A DNA stretch of 63,960 nt, the filler included, from Octopus bimaculoides (lineage: Eukaryota), in assembly GCF_001194135.2 (NCBI RefSeq). It is 5 parts of 4 records of this genome, joined end to end, with 100 filler letters (N's around TTAATTAATTAA, not from the genome) between each part and the next. Parts side by side here need not be neighbours in the genome. Positions count along the whole stretch, not along the records: positions 30,301 to 50,535 come from NC_069004.1; positions 50,636 to 60,536 come from NC_068990.1; positions 60,637 to 63,960 come from NC_068997.1; 2 more parts are not named here. One strand, 5' to 3'. This document shows, piece after piece, positions 49,761-63,289 of the stretch (position 1 is its first letter; each line of letters starts with the position of its first letter). The notes beneath the pieces were generated by a model, which worked only from the letters and a program-made list of their open reading frames with translations, searched no databases and was not told where the DNA came from. The position numbers and the translations under genes were made by a program.

Positions 49761-50484
49761 TGATTAAAATAAAGGCAGCGGATTGGCAGAAATATTTATG
49801 GGTATGTAGTATCGTTAGTCGATGTTATGTGTTATCACCTCGTCGACTGGAGCTGTCGTTTTCGTTTTAGTGAGTACCAGTAATATACTCGGGTCTGGTA
49901 GATCGGTTTTACTTGTCTACTGTAAACATGGTATACAAGTCTGGTTTCTATCTCTTGACCTGTCTAGTATGGGGGGGAGGGTCCTCGAGGCGCTTACACT
50001 CCGCTGGCATAGTTCTCAGTGGTCATTGAAACATACAAAACACCACATCATACCAAGGATTGAACCTTGTGGCGGTGGACAGGCGGAGGCCGGTGTTATG
50101 CTTATGAGATCGCGCGCACACAAAGTGACTCAAGGACCGACAGTTTTCAACGTCCTTGAATAAGAGTTGTTTAAGGATGTTGAGCAAAATACCAATGTTT
50201 CCAAAGGTGAATTATTCAAACCCCCAAAGAATTCCTCTCAACACATGGCTATGATGCTCCCCCACTAGTTCTGCTCGTGATCAGAGATGCACATATCGTC
50301 AGATACCAAGGGGCATGCTCCACTGGTTAAGGTCAAACAACTGACAAGCAAATCTGTGGTATTAAGCAGAATATTTGCTGTAGTCCATCTTGGTATAAAC
50401 CAAGACAAAACATGTACATGATAACACTTCCAATCAGTTAAGATCAGAAGCCATGAGAACCATTGCCTGGTGTTGCATCAGGGA

Positions 50485-50535
<51 letters not shown>

Positions 50536-50579
50536 NNNNNNNNNNNNNNNNNNNNNNNNNNNNNNNNNNNNNNNNNNNN

Positions 50580-50591
50580 TTAATTAATTAA
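50580..50591. other. Synthetic scaffold linker TTAATTAATTAA
   Basis: As at 17211. Confidence 0.9.
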
Positions 50592-50639
50592 NNNNNNNNN
50601 NNNNNNNNNNNNNNNNNNNNNNNNNNNNNNNNNNNGACA

Positions 50640-50852
50640 CGTAATACTCAAATAGTGGAGGAGATATTATGTTGCCGTGTGCTCGAACTCTGCAAGAAGT
50701 TAATAATTTTTTTTGACTAAAACATAACTGGAACCCTAAGTAAGGCATGTGTAAAATTTGAATGAAATTGGTTGCGTAGTTCTTGAGTTTTAGGGATTCA
50801 CACAGACAGACAGACAGACAGACACACATTCTCATTTTTATATATATAGATA
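50640..50852 (+). mobile_element. 3' end of a Lep1/HINE-like non-autonomous rolling-circle element with (GACA)n
   Basis: aaatttgaatgaaattggttgcgtagtt..cacacagacagacag..cattctcattttatatatatagat resembles, from memory, such elements. Confidence 0.5.
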
Positions 50853-50879
50853 CTGTACCAAGAACTTTCTCTTTATTTT

Positions 50880-50881
50880 TC

Positions 50882-50922
<41 letters not shown>

Positions 50923-52367
50923 CCTTTGTCTCTCTGTCTATCTGTTCCCAATGCATTCTCAAATGGCTCAACCAAATCAAATCAAATTTTACAGGGTTAT
51001 GCTATCAGACCCCATGAGTGACAGCATGTAATGTTTTTTGTAACTTAGACTAAAACAATGCAACATTGGCACTGGTTTGGAAAGTCAAATAATAAAAGTG
51101 AAAGAATAAGATCTATCTTGTAATGTGATATATTGTTTCACTCGTATACTTTTTACTTTTAATTCTAACCACCACGATGACGACAACGTCACATTTTGTA
51201 TATGACTGTGTATCTGTCTCTGAATATATGTGTATGAGTGTTTATATGTCTCACTGTGTGTTCCTATCTCTCCGCGTTAGGTACATTATTAAACACACTG
51301 TATGTGAGGGCTGGTAAGTGTCAATATGAAATTTTATTTTCATTTCAATTAAGAGAATATAACATTTCATAGAGATAATCTTTCTGTTGTCAACAGGACA
51401 TTTTATACCATGATAACAATGACATCACATTTTGTATATGACTGTGTGCTTGTCTGTGAGTGTATATGTGTAAGTGTATGAGTGTGTATATGTCTCATAG
51501 TATGTGTGTCTTTCTGCGTTAGGTACGTTATTAAGCACACACACATTTACACATACATATACATATGTAACGGTACATTATTAAACACACACACATCTAG
51601 ACATACATATACATATGTAACAGTACATTATTAAACACACACACATATCTATACTTATACATATGTGATAACTGACATGCATGAATGTATGTCTGTGTTT
51701 GTCTATCTTACTATATGTATGTGAGGGTTAGTAAGTGTCAATTCGAAATTATATTTTCATTTCAATTAAAAGAATATAACATTTCATAGAGATAATCTTT
51801 CTATTGTCAACAGGACATTTTATACCACTACGACAGCATCACAACTTGTATATGACTGTGTATCTGTCTGTGGGTGTATGTGTGTAAGTGTATAAGTGTG
51901 TATATATCTTTCTGCATTAGGTATGTTATTAAACACAAACACATCTACACATACATATACATATGCAATGACTGACATGCATGAATATATGTCTCTGTGT
52001 AACTATCTTAGTATATTATGTGAGTGTATATCAGGAACATTTTATATGACGATGATGACATCACATTTTGTATATGAGTGTATTTTGTATATGAATCTGT
52101 GTGAGTGTATGAGTGTGTGTGTTTCCATGTTACATATGTTATTAAACGCACACGCACACATCTGCACATGGTGACTGACATGCCTGAATGTACGTGAGTG
52201 CTAGAGGTGAAACTCTTGAAAAAAAACAAAGCAATGAGGTGACAAGGTCCAAGTTATATATAAAAGTACACATTTGCTGTTTCATTACCATTTAATAATT
52301 ATCATAGCAGTTGCAAAGTATTTACAATTACATATTTACCCTTACATTAAGAAATTTATCCTATATA

Positions 52368-52466
<99 letters not shown>

Positions 52467-53115
52467 AATAATTGTGGCATTTACCATTAAATTAGCAGTT
52501 CCATACATGTGCTTCTATTTCGTTCATTTGCTTATATTGCAAAAATACAAACATACTATATACATACCATGCAGTATGCCATTATTCCTTATTTTTTCAA
52601 GTAATTCATTACTACATATTCTCATGTGACTGCATAGGCTCACTTTGTGTTTCTTATTGTACAGCCAGACCAGCAATCCAGTGTCAACCCTTCACCTTCT
52701 GCAACATTTCAACAGTTCACTTTCTTGTTGCCATCTCCCATTGCAGCCCATTTCCGGAATGTACCCATTTACGTACAATATCTCCATTACACCTCCATTT
52801 ATTTAACTGTCAGCCATATGATGGGTCATGTTAAATGCAGCACTGACTGCCTCAAAGGCAAGTATATCCACTGACAGCTTTCCGGTGTATTCAAAAATTA
52901 CATACCCCACCTCCCAATTTTCCATGACAGGTTAGGGCCTGGAATCCTCCAAACGGATGTATTACAAGTCACTTAGTCAAATTAGACCGTCATTTACTCA
53001 ACAAATGTTTTGTCATCAATGCTGCACTTTCCCTTATCAGCTGTTTCAATATAACTGTATTATATATACAAATTATACCATTTTAATCCTGAGCAACACT
53101 GGGTATCTTTGCTAG
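50880..53115 (+). mobile_element. Non-autonomous Helitron (~2.2 kb) with internal tandem duplications
   Basis: 5' TCtactatata..tgtctctctgtc; 3' CpG-decayed hairpin cctgagcaacactggg then gCTAG|T at 53112-53116. The 5' flank is T rather than the canonical A. Confidence 0.6.
51170..52200. repeat. About four degenerate tandem units (240-420 bp) inside the Helitron
   Basis: gtcacattttgtatatgactgtg..gttaggtac.ttattaa.cacac recurs at ~51190, 51425, 51840, 52060. Confidence 0.85.
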
Positions 53116-54282
53116 TCTATAATAAATAGGGCAGTATTGTTCTAATTAGGTAGTTTTCTTTTTCTTTTTTTTTTTTTTGGTATAGATATTGGTTCCACTT
53201 GCCCTGGTGATTACAATAATTTTAGCTCATAGATTCAAAATAACTGTTTTACAGATTTATTAGAAATTTACAGCAATTAAACTAGTTTAAGTTTATATTT
53301 TTATGAATTGGATACAATTAAAACTTATAACTAAGTATTTAGACTTAATTTGCTCATGTTTGATTATGTGCGTGCCAGTCATATTTTGTCTTTTCTTTCC
53401 CTTATCAGTTTATTGTATTCTATTTTACTTTATTCAGTTAATACTATTGCAATTGTTATAGCTACCTCAATGAGTTAATTCTTTCCTTTCTTTTTTTTTC
53501 TTCTCTCTGTGTGCCTCTCTGCTGAATTTCTTTGGGAAATATTCTTAAATCTTTATGCATTAATCCTCGATATATTTTATCTATACACTAATTAGCATCA
53601 TCACTCTTAATTAAATCTAGTGTATTCATTTCATTTATTCTGTGATAATTAAACTGAAGACTTTAGTTTGTATTAAATTTAAGAAAATAATTAAACAGTG
53701 CATATCTTATCTACCTGTATATTCCATTCCTTCAAATATGCTGCACAATTTTATTTAATACATTATCTCTTTTGCAAATGGTGTCTGAGTCTTACTTTAA
53801 AGCATTGATGGAGTCAGAGTTTGAATTTGGTGCCACTCTCCAAAGATAATCATTTTTTGTTGCTAGTGTGTGATTCTAATTAGAGTCATTAGGTTTAATG
53901 AGAGATGGAGTGAATATATTGCCATTCAACTTTTCTTCTGTTTTTTTTTTTTTTTTGTTCTTCCCATTTTTGTTGTCAATTTCTCTTGAAGCTTAATTGA
54001 ACTATGGTTTTGATTGACTGGATATATTCCCACCCTTTACCATATCTGAACTGTTGGTATTTCTTGCTTTGGGTGTTTACATGTTGTTAGACATGTTAAT
54101 CTGATGGCATATCAATTATTTACCTACCTACATTATGGTGAAGCCTGAAGAGTATAACATATTGCATAATCTTAATGATGTTGCATCTTATATACCTGGA
54201 AGTACAATATTATATCATAATAAATTCTCTCTCAATAAAACATTGTAACAATGCCATATAATCCATTCATCTGTTTTTATTT

Positions 54283-54329
<47 letters not shown>

Positions 54330-54479
54330 TAGATAGATATCATTAAATAATGTTGTCTATCTATCTATTTGTTTTCCATGATGGCATGGGTTGGATGGTT
54401 TAACATGCTGGCAAGTCAGATGGCTGTGCCAAGCTCTCTTGCCTGCTCTGACATAGTTTCTATGGTTTTATATATACAG

Positions 54480-54720
54480 GGTATATTTGTATGTTTGAGA
54501 TGATGTATGTGGTTGACGAGTGTTGTAGATTTACTATGTTTATAGTATCTAAAAGAGTGAAGGTGAGCAGCATATCGTTGCTTAAAATTTTTGGTTGATC
54601 CTCTGTATATGGCTGTAGAGTTGTGCAATAGATTAAAGACAGTGCATTTGTAAATTACATTATATCTTTTGCAATGGGTTTGACCATTACAAACCCATTC
54701 ATCAACCCTCCTAGCTTCCA
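54480..54720 (-). mobile_element. Penelope-like GIY-YIG endonuclease fragment
   Basis: C..YNVIYKCTV..AIYRGSTKNFKQRYAAHLHSF..KSTTLVNHIHHLK. Confidence 0.85.
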
Positions 54721-54724
54721 CTGT

Positions 54725-55080
54725 AGTCACCAGATGGAAGAGCAGAGGACTCTGTCAAAGGCTCTCTCTAAATTAACAAATGCCAGGTTCAGCAGTTTAT
54801 ATTTTACTAAATACTTCTCCTGCAGTTGTTTTACAAGGAAGATAGCATCAGTTGTGTTTCTTCCTGACCACAAAGCCAAACTGCATTACATTTAGGTTAA
54901 CTTTCTTTCTAATTAGTTCAGCTGTGACCCTTTCTATATCATTTATTAGTTGGTCCAGCAATTTTAATACCTCTGTAGTTACCTCTGTCTAAGGTATCTC
55001 CATTACCCTAGTTCCAGTTGATTGTAATGCTGCTATACCACTCACTGGGTATGATACTGTGCTGCACAACTTGATTGACT
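54725..55080 (-). mobile_element. RTE-clade LINE reverse transcriptase fragment
   Basis: DRGNYRGIK..QFGF..TTDAIFLVKQLQEKY..LAFVNLERAFDRV (RT motif AFVDLEKAFDRV). Confidence 0.9.
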
Positions 55081-55246
55081 ATATGAGTGACTAGGGCTTT
55101 TTTAAATATGAACTAGTAATAGTCTCATGCCATGGAAACACAATAATTCAGCAGATTTATATAGTGTCTTGTGTCTCCATGCAATCCTTCAGGCTCAAAT
55201 ACACTTGTATAAATGCATGTATATAGAGAGAACTGTGTGTGTATGT

Positions 55247-55355
<109 letters not shown>

Positions 55356-55751
55356 TATGGGCATGTGTATATAGGTATTTACATATGTATGTACAAATGT
55401 GTAGGTAAATGTGTTTTCTTATTTGTCAGTTTTAATGTTTTTAATTATACTGTTTAACCTGATCTATAAAGGGAATTGCATTATTTGATCATCTACTTGT
55501 TTTTCTATTCATTATTTCCCCTATTTGTGTACATTCTTTAACAATTCCTTATAAATTTCTTTCAATTTGTACTTGTCTGAATAGTTTACACTTTTATACT
55601 TGATCCTCAATTATCTTATGGTGACTAAATTTTTTTCTGTATTATAATTTATATATGTTTTTTGTATTATTTATACGTATACATATATTTTTATATATGT
55701 CTTTGAGTGCATTTAATAGTATAGATGTATGTATATATATATATGCTTGTG

Positions 55752-55783
<32 letters not shown>

Positions 55784-56829
55784 ATGAATGTGTGTGTGCA
55801 TGTGCGCAAGCATGTGCATGCTGGAAAAACATTGCTTATTTAGATTATTTGGGAATTTCAAGTTTGCAATCATTGAATAAAATATACTAAAAGAAAATAA
55901 ATCATATTACCAGCAGTTAAAAAGAATTCTATTAAATAAAATATATTCTAAAGAAAGGATAAACCACATTATTCTAGTTGTAAAAATTATAGAAAATAAT
56001 TGGCAATCGGGATGAATTTCAAAATAGTAAGGAAAGGAGTGCTTATAAGCTAATTGGTAAAACAAAAATGAGGAAGAGGGCTCAATAGAATATGAACCAA
56101 GTATCAAATTAATTATCCCTAATTCAGGTTAGTTGGGGGAGTATTTCGTATATTATTATGGGTGGGTTCAATGTTAGCTTAACTAGGGTATTGAATTTAT
56201 CTGTTTATACCAGTGCAAGCTAATCATTTAAGATTTCTGTTTGCAAATGCTAAGAATGTTCTACTGTATAAATGTGAGCATTGAATCAAAAATTCATTGT
56301 TTATTTTTTAAGTTGGAGTTACATTCGAGGAGTTCTAGAGTTTTCTCCAGGTACAAAGTACAAAGTGTACAGAGAATTCTCTCCATGATATGAGGAAGTA
56401 CTTTCTATTATAGACCACTTGATAAAATATTTAACATTATCCTCCTTGAGTTTCCACAGAAATTTCTTAATGACGTAACATTTTCTTTTCTATTCAAGGA
56501 AGTGTGATTATGGAGTTGGGATTATGTAGCCTATGTAACAATATACTATTCCAAGTGTGTTAGAGAACATTTATAAACTATATTTTTCCTCAGTTGACCA
56601 AGAGGCAATTATTACAGTTCCTACAATTACATAGTTCATTCAGCCTATAGTTATAGAAGTTTCCATTTATTATATTAGCATTAATACTATTCTCTACACG
56701 AAACATTAGTAGATTAACACTCACTGTATTCTGACTAGATACATGTTACATATTAACACTCACTTCCTCTGGACTAGATATACTCATTTCATTAAAAGTG
56801 AATCCAGACTGTTTTAAAAGTTCATAGTA

Positions 56830-57100
56830 AGGACTAGTTCTTTTCTTTTGCTTCAAAGATTTTCAATTTTCTTGTGATGTGAGCTGCTATAATATCAGCT
56901 ATATTAGATGTGGTGGTGTATGCAAATTTTACAGTATGCTTATTGAATATCTTTCTATATCTGTTTGAAAGGGAAAAATATTTGTTTGGGGGCTATAAAG
57001 AATTTATCTGGGATATTTGTGGCTACATGAACTTCAAACAGAGCATTATACCAGCAATATTCTCTGCTACATTCTATTGCCCCTCCTCTTCTTTTCCCAT
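56830..57100 (-). mobile_element. Penelope-like RT-EN linker fragment
   Basis: VATNI..FF..KIFNKHTVKFAYTTTSNIADIIAAH matches PLE KIFNRNTVKISYSC..NI..II..H. Confidence 0.75.
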
Positions 57101-57199
57101 GTTTCATTTTAACACTTTCCATATCTGTTATCACTCATAGTGCCCTTTTTTGTCTGCCACCACACCCACTCACTATAACTACCCTTTATCTGCTTCTAC

Positions 57200-57860
57200 A
57201 TCTCCCTCCCCACTGCTCCTATGCCTTACTCATCATCTTCTATTCCTTGAACTATCATTCCTGAGCCACTCCTATCTCTCTCCTCCTACTCCCTGTCCAT
57301 ACTGATATTTCCTATCAAGCCCCCCTCCCACACACTCATTGCATTTGCCTCTACCCCAATATCTAACTCTCTGTCACTATCCCCCCTAATCCATTGCCCT
57401 TGTCATCTCTTGCTTCCTGTGGGTTTTGCTCTGACAACCCATCTCCACTTTTTCCTAGATACTCTATCACAACCTTATATAAATGTGGAGCACCCATGTA
57501 TCTTCTCTTCAGCAAGACACCTATGCTAGTCTCAGGCATAAAATCTCCTCTCCACCCTCTCAAATACTCTGCCACTTAAGTCAAGAGGTTTTTCTTCCTT
57601 TTTTTTCCCCCTCTTTTCTTCTTCTTTTTTGTCTTGCAAATTACTTAGCAACCTCACTAGTGCCAGTGACAAGAAAAAAATCACTCAGTATGTACTGTAA
57701 AGTAACTGGCATCAGCAAGAGCATCCAGTTGTAGAAACCATGCTAAAGCTGACATGGAGCACAATGTTTCCCTGTGGCTCACTGGAACTTGTCAAACCAT
57801 CCAACCCATGGCATCATGGAAAACAGATGTTAAAAAGATGGTAACAAGGAAGATGATATA
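57200..57860 (+). mobile_element. RTE-type LINE/SINE 3' region with gcatccag.tgtagaaacc..catggaaaac.gatgttaa tail; related tails at ~54370-54450(-), 58600-58725, 60760-60915, 61590-61800(-)
   Basis: Recurrent tail ending in (GAT)n; family assignment from recall. Confidence 0.6.
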
Positions 57861-58304
57861 CATACATATGTATGTGTATGTATATATATATGTGTGTGTG
57901 TGTGTATGTATATGTTTGTGTGCGTGTATGTATATGTTTGTGTGTGTATTTATATATGTACAGCTGCAAGCATTTATGTGTATGTTTATAAATAATTAGG
58001 CATGTTTTTAATTAACAGTAATCTTTTGAACACTATCAGATCATAACAGAAAATTTGAACAGTGTGATTACTTTATTTGGGTATTAAAATATAATCTATC
58101 CTTGTTGAAATATGTATATTTTTATAATAGTATTTAAAAAAAGCCTTACCAGAAACATAAAATTATGCGAGAAGCACAAACATGGTTATATGGTAAGAAG
58201 TTTGCTTTCCAACCACATGGTTCGAAGTTCAACCTCACTTGGGCAAGTGTTTTCTACTATACAAGTGTTTTCTAAATAATATATATAAATATACATATAA
58301 ACTC

Positions 58305-58450
58305 AGGCGTGGCTGTGTGGTAAAAAGGTGGTTTCCCATCCACATTGTTCCAGGTTCTGTTTCACTGTATGGCACCTTGGGCAAGTGTCTTCTACTATAG
58401 CCTGGGGCCAACCAAAGCCTTGTGAGTGGATTTGGTTGGCAGAATCTGAA
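58305..58450 (+). mobile_element. SINE family B head, CpG-decayed (similar heads at ~58185, 60060, 62045)
   Basis: ggcaccttgggcaagtgtcttctactatagcctggggccaaccaaagcc shows CG to TG/CA changes relative to younger copies. Confidence 0.85.
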
Positions 58451-59560
58451 ATATGTCTTTTGTGTGTGTGTGTATTTGTCTCCTTGTTTTAATCTTGTGT
58501 AATAGTTCTAAAATGATTGTTACTGTCACACAAGCAGTATCATTTATTTCCAGTATTCTGCATGAACATGTCTGGCTATGGGGAAATATTATTAACCTAC
58601 TTGGAAACAGGTGAGGGTTGGTGACAGGAAAGGCATCCAGTCATAAGAAGGTCTGTTTCACTCAACTTTGTCTGACCCATACAAGCATGGGAAAGGGGCC
58701 ATTAAGATGATGATGATGATGTGATCAAAATATGTAGTTATATGGTAATAGTGATTAAAAATTGAAATATAAGATAATAACCATCATGAGAAAGATAAGA
58801 TGAAAGAAGAAATAAGCAAATATTAACCTCAATAAAAAAGTTACAGAAATTCATGCAGCTATAATAAGATAAGCAAAGATACATATATTTGAATTCTGAC
58901 ATGGGATGGGCAAGCAATAAGTAACATTGCTGTCTATTGTATACGTTTAGTGAAATGATACAAGCACATGTGTGTTTGTTTATAATTTTGTTTGTAAGTG
59001 TGTATGTGTTATTACATACCTTTTGTATTTATCTTAATATATAAAACAGTGTTTCTGTGTGTGTCTATGTTCCTTATGGATTCAAAAACTGAGTTGCCAA
59101 TTTTGACATATGAGGTACCAAAAGATTCAGTAATCTTTCGGTTACCAAATAAAGTATGTTTTTTGCACCACTCCTTTTTTACTACAAGAATAAACTTGTA
59201 AATGAGGATGGGTCGCACAATTTTTAGGTCTTTAGCTAAGGAAAGTAACTCTGCCTGAACAATCTTTATGTCTTAGATAGGGCATAATGAGAAAGTGTTC
59301 AAAATACATGGAGTTTTACCAGGGAATGAAACTTCGAAGATATACCGTCAACTTTATTAGTATTATTTAGTAGATAATTTATCAATGTGAAGTATGTTTG
59401 TCTGTGTTTTGTTCAGCCCAGAGATGCCTCTGAAGCAGACCCATTGCATAGATTTTTTTTCCTTCCTGAAATACTGTAAATATGTGTCTTTCTTTTGATG
59501 AAAGGTATGCTTTAAGAGAGATTTGGTTGCTATTTGTAGCAGCTCAAGTTACCACAGAGA

Positions 59561-59594
<34 letters not shown>

Positions 59595-60002
59595 GTGACA
59601 AAAAGTGCTTTTTCTCAGAATATTTTGCACAGTAATTTTTTAAGAAATCTGGACATCTTTCAAATTACAATTGTTAATTGTTGGAAGTCAAGTAGACTGG
59701 GATGTACATATATATATAGTGTTATTGTATAGAGTGGAAATTCAATACAAATTTTTGTACTCATTATCTTGTGGCTAGTAATCCATTACCTTAAATTCGA
59801 TGCCATTAAGTCTTTAAACATTATTTTACTGGGTTTAGTCTTTCAACTGTTGCCATGATGGGGTATCACCTTCAAAAATTTAATTGATCATACTGACCTC
59901 AGTATGTATTTCAATCTGGCATTTATTTGTATCTCTGCTTGATGAACTGCTAAGTTTGAGACAGTGTAGAACACCATGCACAATTTAACAACAAATCTAA
60001 AC

Positions 60003-60046
<44 letters not shown>

Positions 60047-60580
60047 CATTAGGTGCAAGAATGACTGTGTGATTGAGAAGTTTGTGTTCCAACCACATGG
60101 TTCCACGTTCAGTCCCTCTGCATGGTATATTGGGCAAGTGTTTTCTACTATAGCCCCAGGCCAACCACAGACTTGTGACTGAATTTGGCAGATGGAAACT
60201 GCAACGTTGTTCTTCAGAAAATGACCGAAAAACATGTTTATAAGGAAGAGTTGTTTGCTTCATACTCCTCGTGTGTCGATTCTGCCCATAAGAAAGGAAC
60301 AAATAATACAATGTGGCTGTAGGTCATAACACCTGGGCAATACCTGGGTGCATTACTCATAATTTATGTAGGAAGGAACTGAATATACACCAGAAAGGTA
60401 ATAATAGTTTTTTTTTTAAGATAGATTGAACAAAACACAAACACACAGACACAGAACACAGGGAAATTAATACTTAGTAAAATTTACCTCACAGCCACAC
60501 CTCATATATATGCACACACACATATGTATTAATATANNNNNNNNNNNNNNNNNNNNNNNNNNNNNNNNNNNNNNNNNNNN

Positions 60581-60592
60581 TTAATTAATTAA
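60581..60592. other. Synthetic scaffold linker TTAATTAATTAA
   Basis: As at 17211. Confidence 0.9.
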
Positions 60593-60941
60593 NNNNNNNN
60601 NNNNNNNNNNNNNNNNNNNNNNNNNNNNNNNNNNNNAATACTTCCTTGTTGTACTGGGTGCTTTTCCCCTTTCCTTTTTTCCCTGTACTTTTTCTGCCTT
60701 GCAAATTATATGACAACCTCAATATAGTGCCAGTGGACTGGGAAAAGCACCCAGTAAAGTGGTTGGCATTAGGAAGGGCGTCCAGCCATAGAAGCAATAC
60801 CAAAGCTGATAACTGGACCTCAGCTTGACCTTGCAGCTCACCAGATCTTGTCAAACTGTCCAACTGTTGTGAGTATGGAAAGCAGCCATTAAATGATGAT
60901 GATGATGATGATGATACATACACTTTCATACACACACACAT

Positions 60942-60977
<36 letters not shown>

Positions 60978-61863
60978 CTGCACTCATACTTGAGATACAT
61001 CATTAAACAATAATGTTTATTTTAGGTTTAAAATCAGGTTTTCTATTTTTACTGTTTAAATTTAATTAAATCTCCTAAGACAATTGTTTGTTTTTAGTTC
61101 TCACAATAGCCATTCTAATGAGTTCTCATAAATTCAGTCTAAAAATAAAATAGAATTTACTAAAAAAGTTTGTCAAGACTGAAAATGTTCCAATAACACG
61201 TTTTATGGTTGAAGACCAGCTTGACAGCCTTTTCTTACTTGTATTTACCAGCTGCTCTGTGTATATTGGTATGTAAAAGAATGGAACATCAGTAACTAAA
61301 CTGAAATATTACATGACAAAGTCACAGCTAGTTCAAATTTTTCTGCGTCTGATACTTCTTATGCAAACATAGTTCGTCTTTCTATAGTTTAGGTTGAGCT
61401 GTAAGGGCAACAACCATGACATTGTCAAGGCTTCGAACCCTAAGACTGGTGAAAGAGAGGGAGGAATTATCTAGTAGCCTGGACCAAATACCTATAACAG
61501 AATGAGCATCACTAGTGGCACCACAAATAGCACCATTAATGGCACCGACCAAAGTTGTTTGCCCTGAATCTTGATAGTTGAGTACTGGAAGCTTGTATGT
61601 CATCATCATCATCATTACCATCATCCTTATTATTTTAACATCTACTTTTCCATGTTTGCATGGTTCAGGTAGAGTCGGTACAGATTTTTTTTTATGGCTG
61701 GAGGCTCTTCCTGCTGACAACCATCACCTATTTCCAAGCAAAGTAATATTTTCCCATGGCAAAACATGTTTCCACAGAATATTAGAAATGAATGACACCG
61801 CTTATATGATTGACAATCCTTTATAATAGTTACATAATGTCAAGAAAAGGAGATACAAACATG

Positions 61864-61894
<31 letters not shown>

Positions 61895-62220
61895 ATGTAC
61901 ATATATACATATGTATGTATGATATGAAGTGTATATTTATTGTGGAAAGTATTTAAATACATACACACACATACAGACTCACACACACACACACACACGC
62001 ACACAAACACACACATACAAAGATACATGTATGTGTGTGTGTGGCACAGGTGTAGCTGTATATTAAGAAGTTTGCTTCTCAACCACATGGTCCTGGGTTA
62101 AATCCTACTGTGTGAAACCTTGGGGAAATGTATTCTGCTAGAACCCTGGGCTGACTAAAGCTTTGTGAGTGGATTTGGTTGATAGAAACTGAAAAGCAAA
62201 GCCTGTTATTTATATATAAT

Positions 62221-62860
62221 ACAACCGATAAAACCTATACTGGATTATGTGAAGGTGAATTTAAAAATCACTAGGCCAATCACATAGCCTCCTTTTGACA
62301 TAGAAACAAAAGTAAAGCTACTAAGTTGCCTGGCTATGTATGGTCTTTGAAAGATAACGGAATACCACATAAGATTAAATGGAAAGTAATTGAGAAATCA
62401 ATACCTTATGTGAATGGATCAAATAAATGTAGACTTTGTTTAGCTGAAAAAGCACAGATCCTGTTCAAATCTAAGATCCATATCTCTGTATTCAACTCTA
62501 GGTGAGAGATTTTCAATGGTTGCAAGCACATGTATAAATATATTTTGAAGAATTATAAAATTTTGCCTATTCCTGACTAACTTGATATCTTTCCAGCCTT
62601 CTCCTTTAAGGTCTGAGGAAGATAGCTCTTTTACCGTTTTACTTTACTCTTTTATTTTTTACATTTTAGTTTCCGCATTTTCCTTTTCTGTTTTTTGTTT
62701 TCCGTTTTTTACCTTATATTTTCTATATGATGCCTTCTCAGTTTTTCGTATTTCTTCCATTATTCAATTTTCTTAGTTCATTATATGTGGTTTGCACCTA
62801 AAGAATATGTTTGAGTATTTCTCAACATATGAAACTATTAGTAGCGCTTAAATACATATA
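62221..62860 (+). mobile_element. Penelope-like element 3' end: GIY-YIG C-half, 3' UTR, decayed hammerhead
   Basis: KTYTGLCEGEFK..NHIASF..KATKL.GYVWSLKD..IKWKVIEKSIPY..KCRLCLAEK..FNSR.E..CKH..* (stop 62578-62580). Confidence 0.92.
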
Positions 62861-62955
62861 CTGCCTATATATACATATACATATATTGCCTATATATACA
62901 TATACATATACTGCCTATATATACATATACATATACTGCCTATATATACATATAT
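62855..62955. repeat. 25-bp tandem repeat, about 4 units, at the PLE 3' end
   Basis: (c/t)tgcc at 62861, 62886, 62911, 62936. Confidence 0.9.
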
Positions 62956-62962
62956 ATATTGA

Positions 62963-63193
62963 GATGGTGAGCTGGTAGAAATGTTAGCACGCTGGTAGAA
63001 ATGTTTGCACACTGGGCGAAATGCTTAATGGTATTTCATCTGCTGTTACGTCCTGAGTTCAAATTCCACCGAGGTCGACTTTGCCTTTCATCCTTTCGGG
63101 GTCGATAAATTAAGTACCAATTGCATACTGGGTCAATCTAATTGACTGGACCCCACCCCAAAAATTTTGGGCCTTGTGCCTAGAGTAGAAAAG

Positions 63194-63195
<2 letters not shown>
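62963..63195 (+). mobile_element. SINE family A
   Basis: gatggtgagctggtagaaatgttagcac..gagttcaaattccaccgaggtcgactttgcc. Confidence 0.9.
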
Positions 63196-63237
<42 letters not shown>

Positions 63238-63289
63238 CATACATATATATATCAATTATTAAGGTAGCTATTTGCACTTTAAAATCAAT

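Noticed and set aside
53450-53940. Long - strand frame with sparse stops
   Set aside because: No recognisable domain; AT-rich drift or an ancient TE, not assignable.
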